Below, piece after piece: positions 53,641 through 58,045 of a DNA stretch of 58,045 nt (positions are counted from its first letter, which is position 1; each line of letters opens with the position of its first letter). This stretch comes from Acidimicrobiia bacterium (GTDB taxonomy: Bacteria > Actinomycetota > Acidimicrobiia > Spongiisociales > UBA5794), in the NCBI GenBank assembly GCA_030066715.1, contig JASJBC010000004.1:1-58045 (forward strand), written 5' to 3'. The translations under genes and the position numbers were made by a program. The notes below the pieces were generated by a model that saw only the letters and a list, made by a program, of their open reading frames with translations, had not been told where the DNA came from and did no database searches.

Positions 53641-53689
53641 TTTGGTCTCCGGTCGAGTCGACGCCTCGAGGCCGACCCAACGTGCCGGA

Positions 53690-54829
53690 TTAGAAGTCGT
53701 CGATCGTGAAGTCCAGCGCCTGCAGCAGGGCCCGGATCGAGTCGAACTCGGCGTCCTCAGTGGTTGCGACTCCGCTCCAGCTGTAGGCGTCGAAAGCGGC
53801 TTCGAACGTATCCGGATCACTGTCGGCGAACGCAATCATGGCGTCGACGATCTGTGTCTTGAGATCCGCCGGGAAGTCCGGACCGAAGGCCATGCCGTCG
53901 TTCGGGATCGGATCGGACAGAGTCACGATCTTCACCTTCTGGATGACATCGGGATTCTCTTCCCGAATGTTGCGCCGTGCGTCCCGGGGGAACTCGCCGT
54001 TGCAGTCGATCTGACCGTCGGCATCGAGCACGCAAGACTCGACGTTCTCTTCGGTGACGTCCGGGCTGGTCAGGAAGTTCTCGTTGAAGACGTTGCGATC
54101 GGCGTCGATGACCGGGCTGTAGAACGTTGTGCCGAAGTCGGCCTCACCGTTGTAGACAGCACGGACGACAGCTGTGTGGCCGCCCGCCTCGAATGACTCG
54201 GCCGGCTTGATGGCAAACCGCTCGAAGAGACCCGAGGGAACCAGGAAGCCGGAAGTCGACGTGGCATCCGGATAGGCCCACTTCTTGCCGGCGAAATCGA
54301 ACAAGTCATTGGCATCGCTCTCGCGCGGCACGATGAACTGGGTCCAGTACTCCGTGTAGCCGAAGCGGAGCGACTTGAGCGCCATTTCAACACCACACAG
54401 GTCGCTGGCGAGGACATAACCCTGCGCCGGGATGAAGCCGATGGTGTTCTCCGGCGAAGCGCACATTTCTTCGATCGTCGATGCATACGAAGTACCCACC
54501 GAGACGTTGAACTCGAGACCGGTCGTCTCGTTGAGCGCTTCCTTGAGCAGGTCGCCACCGGCGATGATCTCTTCAGCGCTGACCGACGGGACGAACAGCA
54601 CCTCGATCGGGTTGTCCGCCGTTCCGATGCTCGGAGCCGGAGCGGCCGTCGTCTCGGGTGCAGCCGTTGTCTCGGGTGCAGCTGTCGTCTCCGGTGCGGC
54701 CGTCGTCTCCGGTGCGGCCGTCGTGGCCGGTGCAGCTGTTGTGTCGTCGGCAGTGTCGTCGCTGTCGCCACAGGCGGCAACGAGCAGAGCCAGCACGGCA
54801 AGCAACGCAAATATCTTGCGAATAGTCAT
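53690..54829 (-). CDS. phnD: phosphonate/phosphite ABC transporter substrate-binding lipoprotein PhnD
   Basis: Lipobox LALLVAACG. (AAPETT)n linker. NPIEVLFVPS...TIGFIPAQGYVLA is PhnD-like. Confidence 0.85.
   Translation of the reverse strand: MTIRKIFALLAVLALLVAACGDSDDTADDTTAAPATTAAPETTAAPETTAAPETTAAPETTAAPAPSIGTADNPIEVLFVPSVSAEEIIAGGDLLKEALNETTGLEFNVSVGTSYASTIEEMCASPENTIGFIPAQGYVLASDLCGVEMALKSLRFGYTEYWTQFIVPRESDANDLFDFAGKKWAYPDATSTSGFLVPSGLFERFAIKPAESFEAGGHTAVVRAVYNGEADFGTTFYSPVIDADRNVFNENFLTSPDVTEENVESCVLDADGQIDCNGEFPRDARRNIREENPDVIQKVKIVTLSDPIPNDGMAFGPDFPADLKTQIVDAMIAFADSDPDTFEAAFDAYSWSGVATTEDAEFDSIRALLQALDFTIDDF
54647..54736 (-). repeat. five tandem 18-bp coding units encoding the (AAPETT)n linker of PhnD
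   Basis: cgtcgtctcgggtgcagc, cgttgtctcgggtgcagc, tgtcgtctccggtgcggc, cgtcgtctccggtgcggc, cgtcgtggccggtgcagc. Confidence 0.85.
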
Positions 54830-54906
54830 TGCGAATGCACTCCCTTTGGTTAGCCCATGCGTGATTTCACTCGCTTGTCCCTCGTAAGACTAGACCTCTG
54901 AGCCGT

Positions 54907-56169
54907 TTGCGCCCATTCGCCATGTCCGGTTTTCGCGACGTCGCCGTCCCGGCTGTGCCCACGCTCCTGACAGGTAGCCTCTCTCCGATGTCCGGCTCTC
55001 GCTCTACACGTGTTCTCGTTGCCGTTGCCTTTGCCGTGTTCGTTGCGCTGGGCCTGTCCGGCGGTGTGACGGGGGTGGCCTGGCCGTCGATGCGAACCGA
55101 CTTCGGCAGACCCGTGGCGGATCTCGGAGTCCTGCTAGCCGTCGGAACGATTGGCTACTTCTTTGCCGGTTTGGCCGCTGGGCGGCTCACGAGAACCATC
55201 GGCCTCGGCAACGTCTTGGTTTTGGTCATGGCCATCGGCTCGGTGTCTCTCGCCGGATTTGCGCTGGCGGGCAGCTGGGCCGTCCTGCTGCTGTGCGCCG
55301 TCGGCTCCGGGTTCTCGGGTGGCCTGTTGGACTCGGCGGTCAACGCCTACGTGGCTCTCCACCACGATGCGCGCACAATGAACCTGCTCCATGCGTTCTT
55401 TGGCATCGGGGCGACCATCGGCCCCATCATGGTGGCGGCCACTCTGACGCGTGGCCTGTCCTGGCGGGTTGCGTATTTGGCGTTGGCCGTCATCGAGGTG
55501 GTGTTGCTCCTGGCGGTCCTGCGGGTGCGGCGGAGTTGGCCGACTGCGGTCGCCAACCCAGATCAGCCGCGGCCTGGCCGCCTCGGCGCCGCAGTCGTCA
55601 TCCTTCTCGCCCTCTTTGTCCTCTATGTCGGCATCGAGGTGGCGGCCGGGCAATGGGCCTTCTCGGTCCTGACCGAGAGTCGGGGGATGGGGGAGTTTGC
55701 GGCGGGCGTCTGGGTCGCCGTTTACTGGGGAGGGCTGACCGGCGGCAGGCTGACCCTTGGTGCAGTCGGCGACCGGGTCCGACCGCGCACGGTTCTGCAC
55801 CTGAGCATGTTCGGCTCGATAGCCGGGAGTCTCCTCTTCTGGCTGGATCCGGCCGGTCTCGGAGTGGTCGGGCTTGCCTTGCTCGGAGTGAGTCTCGCCG
55901 GCGTGTTCCCGATCCTCGTCGCGCTCACCCCGAGTTGGGTTGGGGAGGATCGTGCTCCCGCCGTCATCGGGTATCAGATCGCCGCGGCGGCAGCCGGAGC
56001 GGCGTCGATCCCATGGCTGGGAGGCATCCTGGTCGACGTCGCGGGACTGGAGGCGATAGGGCCGTTCCTAGTCGTGATCGCAGTTGCGATGACCGTGTTG
56101 CACTGGGTGGTTGACCGGGCGGCGAATGGTCACTCGCGCTTGGAGCAGTCCCTGTCGCCTTTCTCCTGA
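54907..56169 (+). CDS. MFS transporter
   Basis: 12 predicted TM segments. The start is ambiguous (TTG 54907, ATG 54922 or ATG 54988 giving MSGSRSTRVLVAVAF...). Confidence 0.75.
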   Translation: MRPFAMSGFRDVAVPAVPTLLTGSLSPMSGSRSTRVLVAVAFAVFVALGLSGGVTGVAWPSMRTDFGRPVADLGVLLAVGTIGYFFAGLAAGRLTRTIGLGNVLVLVMAIGSVSLAGFALAGSWAVLLLCAVGSGFSGGLLDSAVNAYVALHHDARTMNLLHAFFGIGATIGPIMVAATLTRGLSWRVAYLALAVIEVVLLLAVLRVRRSWPTAVANPDQPRPGRLGAAVVILLALFVLYVGIEVAAGQWAFSVLTESRGMGEFAAGVWVAVYWGGLTGGRLTLGAVGDRVRPRTVLHLSMFGSIAGSLLFWLDPAGLGVVGLALLGVSLAGVFPILVALTPSWVGEDRAPAVIGYQIAAAAAGAASIPWLGGILVDVAGLEAIGPFLVVIAVAMTVLHWVVDRAANGHSRLEQSLSPFS

Positions 56170-56717
56170 GCAACGAGGCTCACGAACTCGTTCCAGCTGT
56201 GGATGTCGGTGGTTCCTTCGATCGGTTCGTTCCACGGACGCACAAACCGGCACACGATCGATTGCGGGCGCTTGTTGACGAGGTCGTGGAGAGCGAACGG
56301 CGAGTCATCTAGGTAGATGTCGCAGGCGACCTCCCATTTGTCTCGCAGCAAGTGCACCTCGCGCGTCGGGACACGGTGCTCGGCAAGCCAGGCGTACGTG
56401 TCGGCAGCAGCCCAATCCGGTTTCATCGTCAGGATGACGATGTCGTGGCACTCGGCGAGATCGTGCAATGCCTCGAGCGCACCCGGATAGGGATCCAGAT
56501 TGCGAAACACCGTTGGGCCGTGTCCGGAGGCCCCGGCCCACTGCCAGAAATCGGAAAGGTCGTCGAAGTGGGTCAACTCACCGGCCGCATCCCAACGATC
56601 GACCCGGTCCTCGGTGAGGTTCGTGCCGAATTCGAGGTTGTAGCGAAGCATCCACCCCTTTATGAAGTTGGTTACGACACCGTCTAGATCAATTCCAAGA
56701 CGCATTTCAGTGCTCAT
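56130..56717 (-). CDS. HAD-superfamily 5'(3')-deoxyribonucleotidase (NT5C family)
   Basis: GIDLDGVV (DxDxV nucleophile motif) and the DIYLDDSP motif. The start is ATG 56717 or 56705, overlapping or abutting the upstream gene's stop. Confidence 0.7.
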   Translation of the reverse strand: MSTEMRLGIDLDGVVTNFIKGWMLRYNLEFGTNLTEDRVDRWDAAGELTHFDDLSDFWQWAGASGHGPTVFRNLDPYPGALEALHDLAECHDIVILTMKPDWAAADTYAWLAEHRVPTREVHLLRDKWEVACDIYLDDSPFALHDLVNKRPQSIVCRFVRPWNEPIEGTTDIHSWNEFVSLVAQEKGDRDCSKRE

Positions 56718-57537
56718 CCTTTGTCGGCCATCCGTTGGGGAGACACTCACCCAGTCCCTTTGTCTGCTGCATCATCACCGGGGCGAGCTCTCCCGCAGCG
56801 GGACAGCCAACGTGCCCTCGCCCCAGGAAGTGCCCGACCTCGTGGTTGATGAGATAGCTGCGATATGTGGAAAGGTCTCCTACGTAGTCATCGGTTCCTG
56901 TTTCCCATCGCATGAGGTTGATTATGACGCTGTTCTGCTTGCGGCAGGAGTACTTGCCGACCGTCCGCGCCGGGTAGCACAAGCGGTCGGTCATCTCGGG
57001 TGAGGCCAGGATCAGGCGCAGATCCTGGGTACCGTCGTCGACCGGGACGAAGTGGACGTCCTCGATGGCACTCCAGCCGCGTTCGTCGTTGAGGATCTCC
57101 AGCGCTTCCGCAGCGAAGCACTCCCCGTCAACACCCAACCCGCTCTCGACTTCGACACGGACTCGGATGCTGGCATCGGTGGGCGTGCCTGCAGTGGCCG
57201 CAACCGCGCTCAACGTCCCGCCGGGATCGTGGTCTGCGCCTGTTCCACAGCCCTGGACGTGGTACTGCGGTGTTGGCGCCGGCAGCGGCACCTCGACGCA
57301 GAAGTCGGCGAGGTAGCGGCTGCATGGATCGTTCTCCGCGGGCGCCGCCGCAGGAGCCAGCGGTTCGAGTGGAGCCTGTGTCACAGCCACTTCCGGGGAT
57401 ATGGCCGGCGGCGGCTCGTTCGGATCGAGACCGACCACCGCAGTCGACGAGGAGATTGCGGCAAACACCGTGAGCACGAAGACGACAACTCTGACCAGCC
57501 GGCGGCGCGGCCGGTGCGGCTTGGGGGAAGTTTTCAC
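56707..57537 (-). CDS. DUF3152-domain putative secreted zinc metalloprotease
   Basis: N-terminal TM/signal anchor. The HExxH site is in YLINHEVGHFLGRGH. WSAIEDVHFVPVDDG...LILASP is DUF3152-like. Confidence 0.75.
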   Translation of the reverse strand: MKTSPKPHRPRRRLVRVVVFVLTVFAAISSSTAVVGLDPNEPPPAISPEVAVTQAPLEPLAPAAAPAENDPCSRYLADFCVEVPLPAPTPQYHVQGCGTGADHDPGGTLSAVAATAGTPTDASIRVRVEVESGLGVDGECFAAEALEILNDERGWSAIEDVHFVPVDDGTQDLRLILASPEMTDRLCYPARTVGKYSCRKQNSVIINLMRWETGTDDYVGDLSTYRSYLINHEVGHFLGRGHVGCPAAGELAPVMMQQTKGLGECLPNGWPTKDEH

Positions 57538-57668
57538 AAAGGGAGGGTAAGCCTGTCCAAATCACATACGTGTGATTTCCCCCAGGAAGAGACAAATCGA
57601 GGCACGACGACGGGCTGCCAAGAGGGTGAGTGGGCCCATGTCATCGGCCTCGGGTACCATCGCCTGCG

Positions 57669-58045
57669 ATGGACTACCAGGCGCTCTACCGCAAGTACCG
57701 GCCACAGCGATTTGACGAAGTCGTCGGCCAGGATCACATCACCCGGACCCTGGCGAGAGAGGTCGTCGACGGCAAAGTCGCGCACGCCTACCTGTTCGCC
57801 GGTCCGCGCGGCACCGGGAAGACAACTACCGCTCGCCTGCTGGCGAAGGCGCTGAACTGCGCCGATCGTCGTGCGGACGGCGAGCCATGCAACGATTGCG
57901 TTTCGTGCCAGGCGGTCACCGACAGCAATTCGCTCGATGTGATCGAACTGGACGCTGCTTCGCACAACAAGGTGGAAGATGTGCGGGAGATTCGGGCCAA
58001 CGTCGGCACCGTGGCGGTGGCCGGCGGTGCTCGCAAGGTCTACAT
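57669..58045 (+). CDS. dnaX: DNA polymerase III subunit gamma/tau (5' part; runs off the right edge)
   Basis: My translation from ATG 57669 gives MDYQALYRKYRPQRFDEVVGQDHITRTLAREVVDGKVAHAYLFAGPRGTGKTTTARLLAKALNC...LDVIELDAASHNKV. Not in the ORF track because there is no stop in the window. Confidence 0.9.
   Translation, partial: MDYQALYRKYRPQRFDEVVGQDHITRTLAREVVDGKVAHAYLFAGPRGTGKTTTARLLAKALNCADRRADGEPCNDCVSCQAVTDSNSLDVIELDAASHNKVEDVREIRANVGTVAVAGGARKVY

Noticed and set aside
54647-54736. Tandem 18-bp repeats as a possible CRISPR or other non-coding array
   Set aside because: There are no spacers. The units are contiguous, in frame, and encode the AAPETT linker of PhnD.
57538-57668. Expected SRP RNA (ffs) or another ncRNA immediately upstream of dnaX
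   Set aside because: I could not find the conserved SRP domain-IV sequence (GGUCAGGUCCGGAAGGAAGCAGCC-like) or a tRNA-like T-arm. The region shows only an 8-bp inverted repeat (aaatcaca-tacg-tgtgattt, 57561-57580) of unclear meaning.
1-58045. Search for transposases, integrases, prophage genes, toxin-antitoxin pairs, tRNA or rRNA genes
   Set aside because: None recognised on either strand. The only mobile-looking feature is the hairpin-repeat/DUF559 arrangement reported above.

Overview
High-GC, actinobacterial-type chromosomal segment. Supporting gene content: an LprG/P55-like pair, an RskA/SigK-like pair, a PtpB-like phosphatase, IdeR/DtxR regulators, and DUF3152 next to dnaX. Secreted proteins carry Thr/Pro/Ala/Glu-rich linkers. 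I call about 60 protein genes. I saw no rRNA, tRNA, CRISPR array, transposase or integrase.

Blocks, left to right:
- SDR-FAH-SDR catabolic trio.
- Iron island: two DtxR paralogues, an Fe(3+)-type ABC importer, feoA-feoB-feoC.
- Minus-strand run: PIG-L deacetylase, GH3, DM13 protein, PtpB-like phosphatase, TetR.
- YcaQ-like protein and an SDR.
- A DUF559 gene bracketed by a perfect 44-nt hairpin repeat.
- Lipoprotein plus a NarL-type two-component pair.
- A lower-GC 0.55 kb gap.
- Alpha-toroid protein and a secreted beta-helix protein with three Cys-containing SLH-like repeats.
- MFS transporter, orphan PAS kinase, AraC/GyrI regulator, TsaA/TrmO-like protein, prolyl oligopeptidase.
- FAD-oxidoreductase/DUF1365/CFA-synthase trio.
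- ECF42 sigma factor with a DGPF protein.
- SigK-like sigma, RskA-like anti-sigma and an SDR, divergent from a B12-binding HTH regulator.
- LprG-like lipoprotein with a P55-like MFS carrying a long repeat-containing tail.
- Dodecin-PspC-LiaF-like operon.
- MerR/GyrI pair, dGTPase-like protein, phnDCE with an outsized PhnE, and the 5' end of dnaX.

Most interesting observations:
- The hairpin-repeat family and the cassette-like DUF559 insertion.
- A possible light/photo-oxidative stress neighbourhood (B12 regulator, ECF sigma module, furan-fatty-acid-like trio).
- Two transporters with unusual extra domains.

I did not recognise a clear-cut novel multi-gene system. All calls come from reading the sequence and ORF translations only.
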